Shown one piece after another: positions 49,317 to 60,555 of a DNA stretch of 64,000 nucleotides. The DNA is from an uncultured Acidobacteriota bacterium (GTDB lineage: Bacteria > Acidobacteriota > Thermoanaerobaculia > UBA5066): the NCBI GenBank assembly GCA_963779415.1, contig CAVZYA010000001.1, positions 1,024,001 to 1,088,000 on the forward strand, in the 5' to 3' direction. A model generated the notes under the pieces. It ran no database searches, was not told where the DNA came from, and worked only from the letters and a program-made list of their open reading frames with translations. Both the position numbers and the translations under genes were made by a program. Position 1 is the first letter of the stretch, and every line of letters begins with the position of its first letter.

Positions 49317-51090
49317 TCAGGCCGGAAGCGGGCGCCCGAGCCAGCGGCGCCGGAGCCTTCGCGCGCTCTCATCCGCGGCGTCGTCGGGCCCGATCTCGAA
49401 CGCGAAGGCCCGACTCGCGCCGAGGACGACCGGCACCGTCAGCAGCCGCTTTCTCCGGAAGAGCGTGACCTCGATGCGGGCGCCGGGTCTCTCGTCCCGC
49501 GCGATCCGCTTCAGCTCGGCCTCCTCCGCCATCAAGCCGGCGATCGCCACGAGCTCGTCCCCGGCGCTGATTCCCGCCTCGTAGGCGGCACGTCCGGCGT
49601 AGACCTCCGCGACGGCGAGCCGTCCCTTCTCGTCCTTCGTCTTCCACCCGAAGTCGGCCCGCACCCGCGGCCGGCGCGGCGTGACGCCGTCCTCGGCCTC
49701 CGGCTTCTCGCGGAGAACGAGGCCGAACGCGGAAAGGAGACGCTCGAAGGGAGGCGTCTCGACGCCGCGGACATACCGGTCGAAGAAAGAACCGAGGCTG
49801 CGGCCGGCGGCCGCCGAAGCGAGCCGCTCGATCTCGCCGGCGGGATAGGGCTTCCCGCGGACACCCCACTTCCGAAAGAGCCGCCGCATCACGTCGTCCA
49901 GGGACCGCCGCCCCCCGCTCGAGCGCCGGATCGAAAGGTCGAGGGCCCACCCGACGAGCGAGCCGCGCCGGTAGTAGCTCTCGGCCACGTTGGGAGAGTT
50001 CTCGTCCGGCCTGTAGTGGCGGATCCAGGCGTCGAAGGAGGCCGCTTCGGCGCTCTGGACTCGCGCGCCGGGCGTGTCGCGATGCGCCTTCAGCCTCTTG
50101 CCCATCTCCTCGAAGAAGTGCTTCGGCGAAATCAGCCCCGCGCGGACAAGGAGCAGCTCCTCGTAGTACGACGTGATCCCTTCCATCGCCCAGAGATCGC
50201 GCGTGTACGCCTCCTTCGTGTAGTCGAAGGGGCCGAGAGGAGACGGGTGGATCCGCTTCACGTTCCAGGCGTGGAAGAGCTCGTGGGCGAAGAGACGGAG
50301 GTTCTCCCGATACGACGATTCGGGACGGAAGGAGAAGGGTTCCATCCCGACGGACTGCGTGGCCCGGTGCTCGAGCCCCCCTCCGGCGCCTGCCGCAAGA
50401 TGGACGAGGAAGAGGTACCGGTCGTACGGAAGGCCGCCGAAGAGCCGGGCCTCCTCCCGGACGAGGGCCGCGAGGTCGCGGACGAGCCGGCGCGGCTCCT
50501 CGTTCCCGTCGCCCCAGATTGCGACCTCGTGCGGAACGCCGAGAGCGCGGAAGGAGAGGACCCGGTGGGTCCCGCACTCGAACGGGGAATCGACCAGCTC
50601 GTCGTAGTCGGCCGCGAGAAAGGCGCCGCCCCTCCTCGGGAGGGCGATGGAGACTCTCCAGCCCGGGAGGAGATCGAACCGGAGCCTCTGCGGCTCGCTC
50701 TTTCCGTCCCTCGACGTAGAAGAAGAGGCTCGCACCGTTCCCGTATCCGTGCGAGGCGTCGAGGTGGGAGGTCCGGACCGTCAGCTCGCCGGCATAGACG
50801 CGATAGCGGATGGTGAACGGCCCTTCGTGAGGATCGTCGAGAAGGCCGACGCGCCACCGGTTCTTCTCGACCTTCACGGCCGGAAGGGGCTCTCCCGAGG
50901 GACCGGAGGCTTCGAGATCGCGGAGGTGCCTCGAGAACTCGCGAACCATGTACGAGCCCGGCGTCCAGACAGGGAGGACGAGATCGAACCACGCCACCGG
51001 CGAGGCGAACGGGGCCACCTGCATCGTGATCTCGTAGAGGTGCGTCTCGGGCCGCGGCATCCCGACGGTGAAGGTGGTGGCCCGGGGCAT
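49317..51090 (-). CDS. M61 glycyl aminopeptidase with PDZ domain (frameshift near 50700)
   Basis: PVWTPGSY, LVDSPFE, GGGLEH, HELFHAWNVKRI, EGITSYY, C-terminal PDZ. Confidence 0.93.
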
Positions 51091-51117
51091 GCCCCGGATC
51101 CTATCGAAGGAGGGCGG

Positions 51118-51954
51118 TCAGGGCTCGGAGAGAAACGCCTCGACGCGCCGGACGAAGGCGAGAGGCCTTTCCGTCGGAGGGACGTGACCGCAGCGAGGAA
51201 GGATCTCGAGCCGGGCGTGAGGCAACCGGGTGGCGAGCCGGCGGCCCGTCGCCACCGGAAAGATCCGGTCGCTTTCTCCCCAGAGGACGAGTGCCCGTTG
51301 GCGGATCCGCGAAAGGTCTTTCGTCGAGAGCGAGTCCTCCCCCGCCGCGACCGCGGCGAGGAGCTTCAGGAGCTGGGGCCGGTTGCGGCGCCGCCCCTTG
51401 TAAGCCGAGGCGGCGAGGGCCACGAGCGGATGGGAGAGAAACGGGGAGCGGACGCTCGTCGCGAGGAGCCGTCGCGAGTCGGCGAATCCCAAGGGGGCGA
51501 AAGGGAGCGAGACCGCGAGCGGGTCGAGGGCTTCGCGCGGCGGAAGTCCTGCCGCGTCGACGAGGACGAGGCGTCGGATGCGCCGCGGAAAGCGGCGGGC
51601 CACGTCGAGAGCCACGGCGCCACCGAGAGAATGGCCGAGGAGGTCCACCGGGCCCGCGAGACCGTCCATCCGCTCGAGCGTCTCGACGACGACGTCCGCA
51701 AGGAGCCGGATCCGGTAGTCGACTCCCGCCCCGGACGGCTTGTCCGTATCGCCGTGGCCGAGGAGGTCGGGCGCGACGACCCGGCGGCTCCGCGCAAGGA
51801 GCGGCGCCCCGAAGACCCATTCTCCCTTGTCGGCGCCGACCCCGTGGAGGAGAACGAGCGGGGTCCGCGGATCACTCTTGTCCGCCGCGAGCGGCCCGAG
51901 GTCGAGAACGCTGACCTTCAGGCCCGACGGGAGCGGGACGCGGCGTATCGCCAC
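51118..51954 (-). CDS. Alpha/beta hydrolase
   Basis: LLHGVG, PDLLGHGDT, GHSLGG, LWGESD, CGH. Confidence 0.88.
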   Translation of the reverse strand: MAIRRVPLPSGLKVSVLDLGPLAADKSDPRTPLVLLHGVGADKGEWVFGAPLLARSRRVVAPDLLGHGDTDKPSGAGVDYRIRLLADVVVETLERMDGLAGPVDLLGHSLGGAVALDVARRFPRRIRRLVLVDAAGLPPREALDPLAVSLPFAPLGFADSRRLLATSVRSPFLSHPLVALAASAYKGRRRNRPQLLKLLAAVAAGEDSLSTKDLSRIRQRALVLWGESDRIFPVATGRRLATRLPHARLEILPRCGHVPPTERPLAFVRRVEAFLSEP

Positions 51955-51956
51955 GC

Positions 51957-52565
51957 TCAGAACTTTCTCATGAGCCCCACGACGACCCCCTGCACGTCCA
52001 CTTCGTCCTCGCGGAAGTACATCGGCGACATCCGTTCGTTCGCGGGCTGAAGGCGAACACGGCCGTCCCCTTCCCGGTAGATGCGCTTCAGCGTCGCCTC
52101 TCCGCCGACCACGGCGACCACCATCTCGCCGCTTACGGCCTTCTCCCGCCGGTTCACGACGATGTAGTCCCCGTCCTCGACGCCATCCTCGATCATCGAC
52201 AGCCCGGTGACGCGAAGGACGAAGTTCTCCCCCTTGCGCGTCAGGAGCTCCGGAACCGTCACCGACTCGTCCCCGGCCACCACCTCGATCGGCCTGCCGG
52301 CCGCGATCCGGCCGAAGAGCGGGATCTCCAGCGCGTGCGGCCTCCGCTCCTCTCCGGCCACGACGAGCGAGCGCCTTTTGTTCCACTCGCGCTCGAGCAC
52401 GCCCTTCTCGAGGAGAAGCCGGATGTGCTTCTGGAGAGTCCCGAAGGAGGAGAAGCCGAACTCCTCGCAGATCTCCCGCTGCGTCGGCGAGATCCCGCGT
52501 GCCTGCCGGTACTTCCGGATGAAATCGACGATCTCCTTCTGCCTCTCGGTCAGCGTCGTTACCAT
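51957..52565 (-). CDS. lexA: SOS repressor LexA
   Basis: LTERQ..SPTQREI wHTH, IAAG cleavage site, GLSM (Ser), TLKR (Lys). Confidence 0.96.
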   Translation of the reverse strand: MVTTLTERQKEIVDFIRKYRQARGISPTQREICEEFGFSSFGTLQKHIRLLLEKGVLEREWNKRRSLVVAGEERRPHALEIPLFGRIAAGRPIEVVAGDESVTVPELLTRKGENFVLRVTGLSMIEDGVEDGDYIVVNRREKAVSGEMVVAVVGGEATLKRIYREGDGRVRLQPANERMSPMYFREDEVDVQGVVVGLMRKF

Positions 52566-52654
52566 CTCCACCTCCGCATAATCGCAATGAAAACGCCAAA
52601 TTCGCCGAATCTTTTTAGGAAAAAATAAGAATTTACCTAATATTTTCTTATATG

Positions 52655-52678
52655 GTGGTCCGCCTCATGGCGGACCAC
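52655..52678. repeat. Perfect 10-bp inverted repeat in the AT-rich region upstream of lexA
   Basis: GTGGTCCGCC-TCAT-GGCGGACCAC. Confidence 0.75.
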
Positions 52679-52757
52679 TTAGCAGCAAATTTAGGCGTAA
52701 CTTGATCGCAAGTCAAGAGCCACGCCTCAATTCGCTGGGATATCCTGTGCAGCCGAA

Positions 52758-53168
52758 ATGAAGAAAGTTCTCGCGATCGTCGGGATCACTCTCGGAGTCG
52801 TCGCGCTTCTCTGGGGAGGGTTCGTTCTCATGTTCAGCCGTCCGTTCACCAAGGACGCCGCCGTCTTCGCCGCATCGCGCTGGACGTCGGGCAACCGGAT
52901 CTTCCCGACGCAGATCGCCGTCTTTCCCACGCGCGTCGTCCGCCATACGCCGAAGTGGATCGGGCACGAGGAGGAGACGATCTCGATCGACCAGATCGCC
53001 TCGGTTCGCATCAGCGCCGGCCTCCTGTTCGCCGACGTCATCATCGAGACGACGGGCGGCTCGCAGCCGATCGTCTGCCACGGGCACTGGAAGAAAGACG
53101 CACAGGGGATCCGGGAGAAGATCAGCGAAGCCCAGGCCGCGCGGCGCTTCGCGTCGCCGGCCCCGTAG
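52758..53168 (+). CDS. Bacterial PH-like domain membrane protein
   Basis: N-terminal TM, then beta-rich EETISIDQIASVRI..GLLFADVIIETTGG. Confidence 0.7.
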   Translation: MKKVLAIVGITLGVVALLWGGFVLMFSRPFTKDAAVFAASRWTSGNRIFPTQIAVFPTRVVRHTPKWIGHEEETISIDQIASVRISAGLLFADVIIETTGGSQPIVCHGHWKKDAQGIREKISEAQAARRFASPAP

Positions 53169-53170
53169 CC

Positions 53171-53189
53171 GGCGGCGGCTGCCGCCGCC
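53171..53189. terminator. GC hairpin between convergent genes
   Basis: GGCGGCGGC-T-GCCGCCGCC; no U-tract. Confidence 0.35.
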
Positions 53190-53198
53190 TCCCCGGCC

Positions 53199-54380
53199 TC
53201 AGCTCCGGTAATCCGCGTTCAGCGAGACGTAGTCGTGCCCGAGATCGCACGACAGCTTCGAGGCGCTCGCGGAGCCCGCGCCGAGATCCACGGTCACCGG
53301 GACCCTCTCCTTCGAAAAGAGGCGCGCCGCATCCTTTTCCCGGTAAGGAGAGATCGTTCCTTTCGAGACGAGGATGAGAGGTCCCACCGAAAGGGAGACC
53401 TTCCGCTCGGAGAAGCGGGCCCCGCTCCGCCCGACGGCGGCGAGGATCCGCCCCCAGTTCGGGTCGCCGCCGTGGAGCGCCGTCTTCACGAGCGGGGAGG
53501 TCGCGACGGCGTGCGCGGCGAGCTTCGCCTCCCGGGCGCTCCGGGCTCCCGTGATGGTGATCTCCATGACGCGCGTCGCCCCCTCGCCGTCGCGGACGAT
53601 CATCCAGGCGAGCTGCCGGCAGACCTCGGTCAGCGCGGAGACGAAAGTTCCCGGGTCGCGCTCGCCGTCGAGGCTCGGGTTCCCGAGGGCCCCGGAGGCC
53701 ATGAGGAGGACCGTGTCGTTCGTGGAGGTGTCGCCGTCCACGCTGATGGCGTGGAAACTGGAGTCGGCGGCCTCGCGGAGCGCCTTCTTCAGGAACGCCG
53801 GAGTCGCGGCCACGTCCGTGACGATGAAAACCAGCATCGTCGCCATGTCCGGATGGATCATTCCGGCCCCCTTCGCGATGCCGACGATGCGGCCTCGTCG
53901 GCCGGCAACGTGGAACGAGCCCTGGGCCACCTTCGGGCCGACGTCCGTCGTGAGGATCGCGTGCGAGGCGGCCGAGACGCCCGAGGCTGAGAGGCGCCGG
54001 ACGGCATCCGGGAGCGCCGCGTGGATCTTCGCGTCCGGAAGGACGACGCCGATGACTCCCGTGGACGCGAGGAAGATCTCCTCGGGCGGGCAATCGAGCA
54101 GCTCCGCCGCCCGGCTCCGGACCCGCCGCGCCGCGGCGAGGCCGGCGGCTCCGGTGGCCGCGTTCGCGCAGCCCGAATTGGCGACGACGCCGTGCACGCG
54201 CCCGCCGCTCTTCGAAAGGCCGCGGCGCGAAAGGACGACCGGGGCCGCCTGAAAACGGTTCTTCGTGAAGAGGGCGGCCGCGTCCGCCCCCTTCGGGGCC
54301 ACGAGGAGCGCCACGTCCGGCCGTTTCTTCCGGATCCCGGCACGGACCCCCGCAGCGAGGAATCCTCTCGGCAACCTCAC
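53199..54380 (-). CDS. argJ: Glutamate N-acetyltransferase / ornithine acetyltransferase
   Basis: NSGCANAATG, STGVIG, AKGAGMIHPDMATML, DGDTSTND, DGEGAT, DPNWGR. Confidence 0.97.
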   Translation of the reverse strand: MRLPRGFLAAGVRAGIRKKRPDVALLVAPKGADAAALFTKNRFQAAPVVLSRRGLSKSGGRVHGVVANSGCANAATGAAGLAAARRVRSRAAELLDCPPEEIFLASTGVIGVVLPDAKIHAALPDAVRRLSASGVSAASHAILTTDVGPKVAQGSFHVAGRRGRIVGIAKGAGMIHPDMATMLVFIVTDVAATPAFLKKALREAADSSFHAISVDGDTSTNDTVLLMASGALGNPSLDGERDPGTFVSALTEVCRQLAWMIVRDGEGATRVMEITITGARSAREAKLAAHAVATSPLVKTALHGGDPNWGRILAAVGRSGARFSERKVSLSVGPLILVSKGTISPYREKDAARLFSKERVPVTVDLGAGSASASKLSCDLGHDYVSLNADYRS

Positions 54381-55771
54381 CGCGCCCCTCCTTTCCGCGC
54401 CGCCGTGATGCGGCGGAGCGCGACGCGGGCCGCGGCGGCGACCCGAGCCGGCGCCGTCCCTCCGGTCGCGCGCCGCTTCGCGAGGGCGCGGGAGACGTCG
54501 AGGGCCGCGAGGTCCTTCCGCGTGATCCCGCCGGACGGGCCCATCGCGGCGAGGCGCTCGCCCCGGCGCTCCGCCTCGGCGATCCGCCGGCCGACGATCT
54601 CGTGGGCGCGCCGGAAAGGGACGCCGCGGGCGGCGAGCGCGTCCGCCAGCTCCGTCGCGAGGAGCCGGTCGTCCGCCGCCGCCTCCCGCATCCGCTCCCG
54701 GTCGAGCCCCAGAGTCGTCACGAGCCGGGTCAGCGCCGGAAGGAGCGCCGCGAGGAGAGCGCGGACGCGGAAGACCGGCTCCTTGTCGAGCTGCAGGTCC
54801 TTGTCGTACGCGAGAGGGATTCCCTTGACGACGGCGAGGAGCCCCGCGAGCTCCCCGATCGCGCGTCCCGCGTGGCCGCGCGCGAGCTCGAGGAGGTCCG
54901 GGTTCTTCTTCTGCGGCATCCGCGAGGAGCCGGTCGCGAGGGCGTCCGGAAGAGTCACGAACCCCGCCTCGTCCGAGGAGAGGAAGATGACGTCTTCCCC
55001 GAACCGCGAGAGGTGGACGAGGAGGAGCGCCGAGGCGAAGAGGTACTCGACGGCCGCATCGCGGTCCGAGACGGCGTCGAGGGAGTTCGCCGTGGGGCGG
55101 TCGAAGCCGAGTGACCTCGCAAGAACTTCACGGTCGACCCGGACGGGGGTCCCCGAAAGCGCCCCCGAGCCCAGCGGGCATTCGTTCGCCCGACGCCGGG
55201 CCGCCGCGAGCCGGTCGGCGTCGCGCCGCAGCATCTCGACGTAGGCGAGGCACCAGTGGCCGAAGGTGACCGGCTCGGCACGCTTCAGGTGCGTGTAGCC
55301 GGGCATCGGCGTTCCCGCCTCGATCCGGGCACGCGCGGCGAGGGCGGCGGCGAGGTCGAGGACGAGAGAGCGCGCCTCGTCGAACGCTCCCCGGAGATGG
55401 AGACGGAAGTCCGTGGCGACCTGGTCGTTCCGCGAGCGCCCCGTGTGGAGCTTCCCCGCGAGGGATCCGACCCGCCGGCGAAGAGTCCCTTCCACGTAGG
55501 AGTGGACATCCTCGTAGGAGGTCCCCTCCGGGACGCCGGGAAGCCCGGCGGCTCCGATCGCGCGAAGCGCCTTCACGAGCCGAGCCACCTCGCGCGGCGT
55601 CAGCGCCTTCGCCCGTCCGAGCGCCTCGGCCCACGCGACCGACCCCGCGACGTCCTCCGGGAGAAGGACCGCGTCGAATCCGAACGAGTCGTTCAGCTTC
55701 CGGAGCGCCTCCGCGGGGGGCTCGGAAAACCGGCCGCCCCAGAGCGTCGCTCTCGCGGAGGGCTTCTTCAA
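54377..55771 (-). CDS. argH: Argininosuccinate lyase
   Basis: [34 protein letters not shown]; TTG start overlapping the argG stop. Confidence 0.96.
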   Translation of the reverse strand: MKKPSARATLWGGRFSEPPAEALRKLNDSFGFDAVLLPEDVAGSVAWAEALGRAKALTPREVARLVKALRAIGAAGLPGVPEGTSYEDVHSYVEGTLRRRVGSLAGKLHTGRSRNDQVATDFRLHLRGAFDEARSLVLDLAAALAARARIEAGTPMPGYTHLKRAEPVTFGHWCLAYVEMLRRDADRLAAARRRANECPLGSGALSGTPVRVDREVLARSLGFDRPTANSLDAVSDRDAAVEYLFASALLLVHLSRFGEDVIFLSSDEAGFVTLPDALATGSSRMPQKKNPDLLELARGHAGRAIGELAGLLAVVKGIPLAYDKDLQLDKEPVFRVRALLAALLPALTRLVTTLGLDRERMREAAADDRLLATELADALAARGVPFRRAHEIVGRRIAEAERRGERLAAMGPSGGITRKDLAALDVSRALAKRRATGGTAPARVAAAARVALRRITAARKGGAR

Positions 55772-57015
55772 CCTTCCCCCACCACCACGGCCGGGTAGGG
55801 CTTCCCCTCCTTGGAGAGCCGCTCGCGCCCCTTCGTCGGAAGGCCGAAGAGACGGATGAACCCCTCGGAGTCCTTCGGCGTGAAGCCCCGCATGTCGAAG
55901 GAGGCGAGCGACGTCGAGTAGAGCGCGTACGGCGAGGTGCGGCCCACGACGATGCAGCTCCCCTTGTAGAGCTTGAGCGTGACGCTCCCCGTCACGGTCC
56001 GCATCAGCTGGGCCATGAACGCGTCGAGAGCCTCCCGGAGCGGCGAGAACCACTGCCCGAAGTAGACGAGCTCCGCGTAGCGCGAGCCGAGCCGGGCTTT
56101 CTCGTGCGAGGAGTCGCGGTCGAGCGTGAGCGACTCGAGAGCCCGGAGCGCGGCGACGAGGACCGTCCCCCCCGGCGTCTCGTAAACCCCGCGCGACTTG
56201 ATTCCGATGAGCCGGTTCTCCACGAGGTCGACGCGCCCCACGCCGTTCCGCCCGGCGATCCCGTTCAGCTTCTCGATCAGCTCGACGGCCGGGTGCGGCT
56301 CGCCGTTGACCGAGACCGGGATCCCTTCGACGAAACCGACCGTCACCCGCTCGGGAATGGCGGGCGCCTTCTCGGGGTCGACCGTCAGCTTGAACATGGA
56401 GGCCTCGGGCTCGAAGCCCGGCTCCTCCAGCGGCCCCCCCTCGTGCGACAGGTGCCACAGGTTGCGGTCCCGCGAGTACGGTTCCTTCCTCGTTGCCACG
56501 ACCGGAATCCCCCGCGCGGCCGCATAGTCGATCGCGTCCTCCCGGGAGCGGATCTCCCATTCGCGCCAGGGCGCGATGATGGCGAGCTCCGGCGCGAGCG
56601 CCTGATACGTCAGCTCGAACCGGACCTGGTCGTTCCCTTTCCCGGTGCAGCCGTGCGAGAGCCCGTCGCACCCGGTCGCGAGCGCGACCTCGACCTGCTT
56701 GCGCGCGATCAGGGGGCGCGCCGTCGCCGTGCCGAGGAGGTACTCGTGCTCGTAGACGGCCCCGGCCTTCAGGACCGGGAAGATGTAGTCCGTCGCGAAC
56801 TCGGCCCGGGCGTCGATCAGGTGAAAGTCGCAGGCGCCCGTCTTCCGAGCCTTCTCGGCGAGGCCTTCCGTCTCCTCCTTCTGTCCGACGTCGACGGCCA
56901 CGGCCACGACCTCGCAGCCGTAGTTCTCCTTGAGCCAGGGGATGATGATCGAGGTGTCGAGCCCGCCGGAGTAGGCGAGCGCGACCTTTTTCACCTTGGG
57001 GGTCTTCGTGCTCAC
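55768..57015 (-). CDS. argG: Argininosuccinate synthase
   Basis: [40 protein letters not shown]. Confidence 0.98.
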   Translation of the reverse strand: MSTKTPKVKKVALAYSGGLDTSIIIPWLKENYGCEVVAVAVDVGQKEETEGLAEKARKTGACDFHLIDARAEFATDYIFPVLKAGAVYEHEYLLGTATARPLIARKQVEVALATGCDGLSHGCTGKGNDQVRFELTYQALAPELAIIAPWREWEIRSREDAIDYAAARGIPVVATRKEPYSRDRNLWHLSHEGGPLEEPGFEPEASMFKLTVDPEKAPAIPERVTVGFVEGIPVSVNGEPHPAVELIEKLNGIAGRNGVGRVDLVENRLIGIKSRGVYETPGGTVLVAALRALESLTLDRDSSHEKARLGSRYAELVYFGQWFSPLREALDAFMAQLMRTVTGSVTLKLYKGSCIVVGRTSPYALYSTSLASFDMRGFTPKDSEGFIRLFGLPTKGRERLSKEGKPYPAVVVGEG

Positions 57016-58220
57016 GCGCTTGTCTCCTTGAGGATTTCGTCGAGGGTGTCGAGGAAGCCGCGGAGCGCCGCCCTCGGGACGACGTACGGCGGAAGGAGCC
57101 GGAGCACCTTCGACCGCGCCGTTCCGACGACGTAGCCCTTTGCGAGAAGTCGCTTCTGGACGGGCGAGGCCTCGCGGTCGAGCTCGATCCCCCAGATCAG
57201 GCCGCGCCCGCGGACCGCCGTGATCGCGGGCTGCTTCTTCATCAGCCGGCGAGCCGCCTTTCCGAACCACGTTCCGAGCGCCCCGACGCGCGAAAGGAGA
57301 CCGCCGTTCTCGATCTCGTCGAGGACCTCGAGGCCGAGGCGGCAGGCGACCGGGTTGCCGCCGAACGTCGTCCCGTGGAGTCCCGGCTTCAGGAGACCGT
57401 CAAGGGCCGGCCCTGTCAGGACCGCGCCGAGCGGGAGTCCTCCCCCTAGCGGCTTGGCGAGCGTGACGATGTCCGGGACGACGCCGAGCTCGCGGAAGAC
57501 GAAGAGATGGCCGGTCCGCCCGAGGCCGCTCTGCACCTCGTCGAGGACGAGAAGGGCGCCCGTCTGGTCCGCGGCCCGCCTCGCCGCGGCGACGAATTCG
57601 GGGGTGAGCGGGACGATCCCCCCCTCGCCGAGGATCGGCTCGAGGAAGATCGCGGAGGTGTCCGGGGTGACCGCGGCCAGAAGCGCCGCGGTGTCGTTCG
57701 GCGCCACGAAGACGGCCGACGGGACGAGCGGCTCGAACGGCGTCCGGTACGGCTCGTGCCCCGTGATCGAGAGCGCCCCGAACGTCCGTCCGTGAAAGCT
57801 TTCTTCCAGCGCCACGATCCTCGAGCGGCCGGGGTTCTTCAGGCGCGCGAACTTCAGCGCCGCCTCGATGGCCTCCGTCCCCGTGTTGCAGAAGAAGACC
57901 TTCGAGAGGCCGGACGCACGGACCAGCCGCTCGGCGAGGAGCCCGTGCGCCGGGATGTAGAAGAGGTTCGAGACGTGCCAGACGCCCGTCGCCTCTTCTT
58001 TCATCGCCTTCACGAGACGGGGATGTCGGTACCCGAGCGCATTGACGGCGATGCCGCCCAGAAGGTCCCAGTACTCCTTCCCGTCGGCGTCGACGAGCCT
58101 CGCCCCCTTCCCCGATCGGGGATGAAAGGGGGTCCGTGCGTAGGTCGGAAGGACGTGAGCGCGGTCCCGCTCCTCGACGGCGGCGGGGGCGAAGCTTTCG
58201 GGGGCGTCAGTCCGCAGCAA
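57012..58220 (-). CDS. argD: Acetylornithine aminotransferase
   Basis: [46 protein letters not shown]. Confidence 0.94.
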   Translation of the reverse strand: MLRTDAPESFAPAAVEERDRAHVLPTYARTPFHPRSGKGARLVDADGKEYWDLLGGIAVNALGYRHPRLVKAMKEEATGVWHVSNLFYIPAHGLLAERLVRASGLSKVFFCNTGTEAIEAALKFARLKNPGRSRIVALEESFHGRTFGALSITGHEPYRTPFEPLVPSAVFVAPNDTAALLAAVTPDTSAIFLEPILGEGGIVPLTPEFVAAARRAADQTGALLVLDEVQSGLGRTGHLFVFRELGVVPDIVTLAKPLGGGLPLGAVLTGPALDGLLKPGLHGTTFGGNPVACRLGLEVLDEIENGGLLSRVGALGTWFGKAARRLMKKQPAITAVRGRGLIWGIELDREASPVQKRLLAKGYVVGTARSKVLRLLPPYVVPRAALRGFLDTLDEILKETSA

Positions 58221-59013
58221 GGCAGGTTCCTCCGGTTCCGTCCGCGAGGGCCGAGGCGTGGCTCCCGGGACCGGCGATGACTACCCGCTCCACGCCGGCA
58301 TGGACGGCGTCGAGACAGGCCAGGAGCTTCGGACGCATTCCACCGCCGACCGTGCCGGAGCGGATGAGGCTCCAGGCGGCGGCGGGATCGAGACGGGGGA
58401 TCAGCTTCTCCCCGGCGTCGAGAAGGCCGGCCACGTCCGTCAGGAAGACGAGCGTCTCGGCCCGGAGGGCCGAAGCGAGCGCCGCGGCGGCCGAGTCGGC
58501 GTTCACGTTCAGGAGGGTCCCTTCGCGGCCGAGAGCGACGGAGGCGACGACCGGCAGGAGCCCGGCCCCGAGGACGGCGGAGAGGAGCGTCGGGTTCGAG
58601 TAGGTCACGCGCCCGACGAAGCCGAAGTCGACACCGTCGATCCGGGGATGAAACTCGGCCCAGAGCGTGTCTCCGTCCGCTCCCGAGAGCCCGGCCGCGA
58701 GAATCCCGAGCGATCGGAGCTCGGCGATGAGCGACTTGTTCACGACGCCGGAGAGGACCGAGACGACGACGTCGAGCGTCTCGGGATCGGTGATCCGGAG
58801 GCCCCGGTACGTCTTCTTCGGAATCTTCAGCGCCTGCAGGGAAGCGTCGATCCGCTTGCCGCCCCCGTGGACGACGACGATCTTCTTTCCGGCCGTCCAG
58901 CGTGCGGCGATCGCGCCGAGCGCCTTCTCGCGGAGGTGTTTCTCCTCGAGCAGGCTTCCGCCCAGCTTCACGACGGTCAATCCGGGTACGGGGGCCGTGA
59001 CGATGCCGCTCAC
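58207..59013 (-). CDS. argB: Acetylglutamate kinase
   Basis: VKLGGS, VHGGG, GLRITD, NVNAD, LTDVAG, GGMRPK. Confidence 0.96.
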   Translation of the reverse strand: MSGIVTAPVPGLTVVKLGGSLLEEKHLREKALGAIAARWTAGKKIVVVHGGGKRIDASLQALKIPKKTYRGLRITDPETLDVVVSVLSGVVNKSLIAELRSLGILAAGLSGADGDTLWAEFHPRIDGVDFGFVGRVTYSNPTLLSAVLGAGLLPVVASVALGREGTLLNVNADSAAAALASALRAETLVFLTDVAGLLDAGEKLIPRLDPAAAWSLIRSGTVGGGMRPKLLACLDAVHAGVERVVIAGPGSHASALADGTGGTCLAAD

Positions 59014-60029
59014 CGGAGCCCCTCCGTCTCCGCGAAGCGGAAGACGCGGTTCATGTTCTGGACGGCCTGCGAAGCGGCCCCCTTGAGGAGATTGTCGATC
59101 ACGGAGACGAGGACGGCGCGCCGGCGGCCCGGGAGAAGCGCGAAGCCGATGTCGCAGCGCGGCGTCCCGACCACGTCCGAAAGCTCCGGAAGCTCCCCCG
59201 CGGGGCGAACGCGGACGAAAGGAGCCTCCGCGTAGACCGCATAGGCGGCCCCGAGAGATTCCGGGGAGAGGGGCGAGGGGAAGGAAACGTGGATCGTCGA
59301 GAGGATCCCCCGCACCGCGGGGAGGAGGTGCGGAACGAAGACGAAGGGGGCGTCCGCCGCGATCCCGAGCTCCTGCCGCATCTCGGGCTCGTGCCTGTGG
59401 GTGCCGACGCCGTACGCCTTGAAGTTCCCGGAAAGTTCGGCGAAGGAGTAGGCGAGATCGCTCCTCTTCCCGGCGCCCGAGACGCCGCTCTTACTGTCGC
59501 AGATCACCGGCTGCGCGCCGTCGAGGAGGCCGAGGACCGGCCGGAGCGCGAGGAGGACCGAAGTCGGATAGCACCCCGGGTTCGCGACGAGGCGTGCGCC
59601 CGGGAGCGTGGCGCCGCACCACTCCGTCAGGCCGTAGACCGCCTCGGCGAGAAGCGAGGGGGCAGGATGAGTGAAGCCGTACCAGGCGGGATACGCGGAC
59701 GCGTCGCGAAGCCGGAAAGCGCCCGCGATGTCGATCACGCGGACGCCGCGGGCGAGGAGCTCCGGAGCGATCTCGGCGGAAGTTTCGTTCGGCGTCGCGA
59801 GAAACGCCATCTCCGCGCCGCTCCTCTCGAGGGCTTCGGATGAGAACGGCACCGCGTCCGGGCCGCTCCGGCCGCCAAGCGCGGGGTGGATCTTTTCAAA
59901 CGGCACCGCTCCGTCCTTCTTTCCCGAGGAGAAGAGGGCCGCGAGTTCGACTCGCGGGTGGCGCGAGAGAAGAACGGCCAGCTCGCTGCCGGAGTATCCG
60001 GTGGCGCCGACGACGGCGACTTTCCTCAC
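59010..60029 (-). CDS. argC: N-acetyl-gamma-glutamyl-phosphate reductase
   Basis: GATGYSG, VANPGCYPT, SGVSGAG, HRHEPE, IDNLLKGAA. Confidence 0.97.
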   Translation of the reverse strand: MRKVAVVGATGYSGSELAVLLSRHPRVELAALFSSGKKDGAVPFEKIHPALGGRSGPDAVPFSSEALERSGAEMAFLATPNETSAEIAPELLARGVRVIDIAGAFRLRDASAYPAWYGFTHPAPSLLAEAVYGLTEWCGATLPGARLVANPGCYPTSVLLALRPVLGLLDGAQPVICDSKSGVSGAGKRSDLAYSFAELSGNFKAYGVGTHRHEPEMRQELGIAADAPFVFVPHLLPAVRGILSTIHVSFPSPLSPESLGAAYAVYAEAPFVRVRPAGELPELSDVVGTPRCDIGFALLPGRRRAVLVSVIDNLLKGAASQAVQNMNRVFRFAETEGLR

Positions 60030-60538
60030 GCCTCTGCCTTCCGGGAAGAACGGGGACGCTCCAGGATTTCATTGAGCCGGCCGGCGAGCCTGACGGCGGT
60101 CTCGGGGGAAACCGTCGCGAGGAAGACGGTGTCGTCCCCCGCGATCGACCCGACGACCTCCGGCAGCTCGGCCTGGTCGATGGCGAGCCCGACCGGGTGC
60201 GCGGCCGCGGGAGGCGTCCTGACGACGACGAGCGTGTGGGCGGTCGCCACGCTCCGGACGTACGTTCGGAGGGCGCGTTCGAGGCGCGACGCGGCATGGT
60301 CGCGTGCCGGCGCCGGCGGAAGGATCCCACCCGTCGCATCCGGAGCGACATACCCGGCCGCCGTCTTCGCGAGCCCGAGGTCCCGAAGATCCCGTGAGAG
60401 CGTCGGCTGGGCCACCTGAAAGCCCCGCGTCGCGAGCCGGCGTTGAAGCTCTTCCTGCGAGTGGATCGACTCCTCGCGGACGACCCGGAGGATCTCGTCC
60501 CGGCGGCGGAGAGCGGAGGGTCCCGAATGAATATTCAC
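60026..60538 (-). CDS. argR: Arginine repressor
   Basis: HSQEEL..QPTLSRDLRDL, GSIAGDDTV. Confidence 0.95.
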   Translation of the reverse strand: MNIHSGPSALRRRDEILRVVREESIHSQEELQRRLATRGFQVAQPTLSRDLRDLGLAKTAAGYVAPDATGGILPPAPARDHAASRLERALRTYVRSVATAHTLVVVRTPPAAAHPVGLAIDQAELPEVVGSIAGDDTVFLATVSPETAVRLAGRLNEILERPRSSRKAEA

Positions 60539-60555
60539 GTCAAAGAATATTGATT
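60528..60555. promoter_or_regulatory. Candidate ArgR operator overlapping the argR start
   Basis: Palindrome TGAATATTCA (60528-60537) plus a related AGAATATTGA (60544-60553). Confidence 0.5.
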
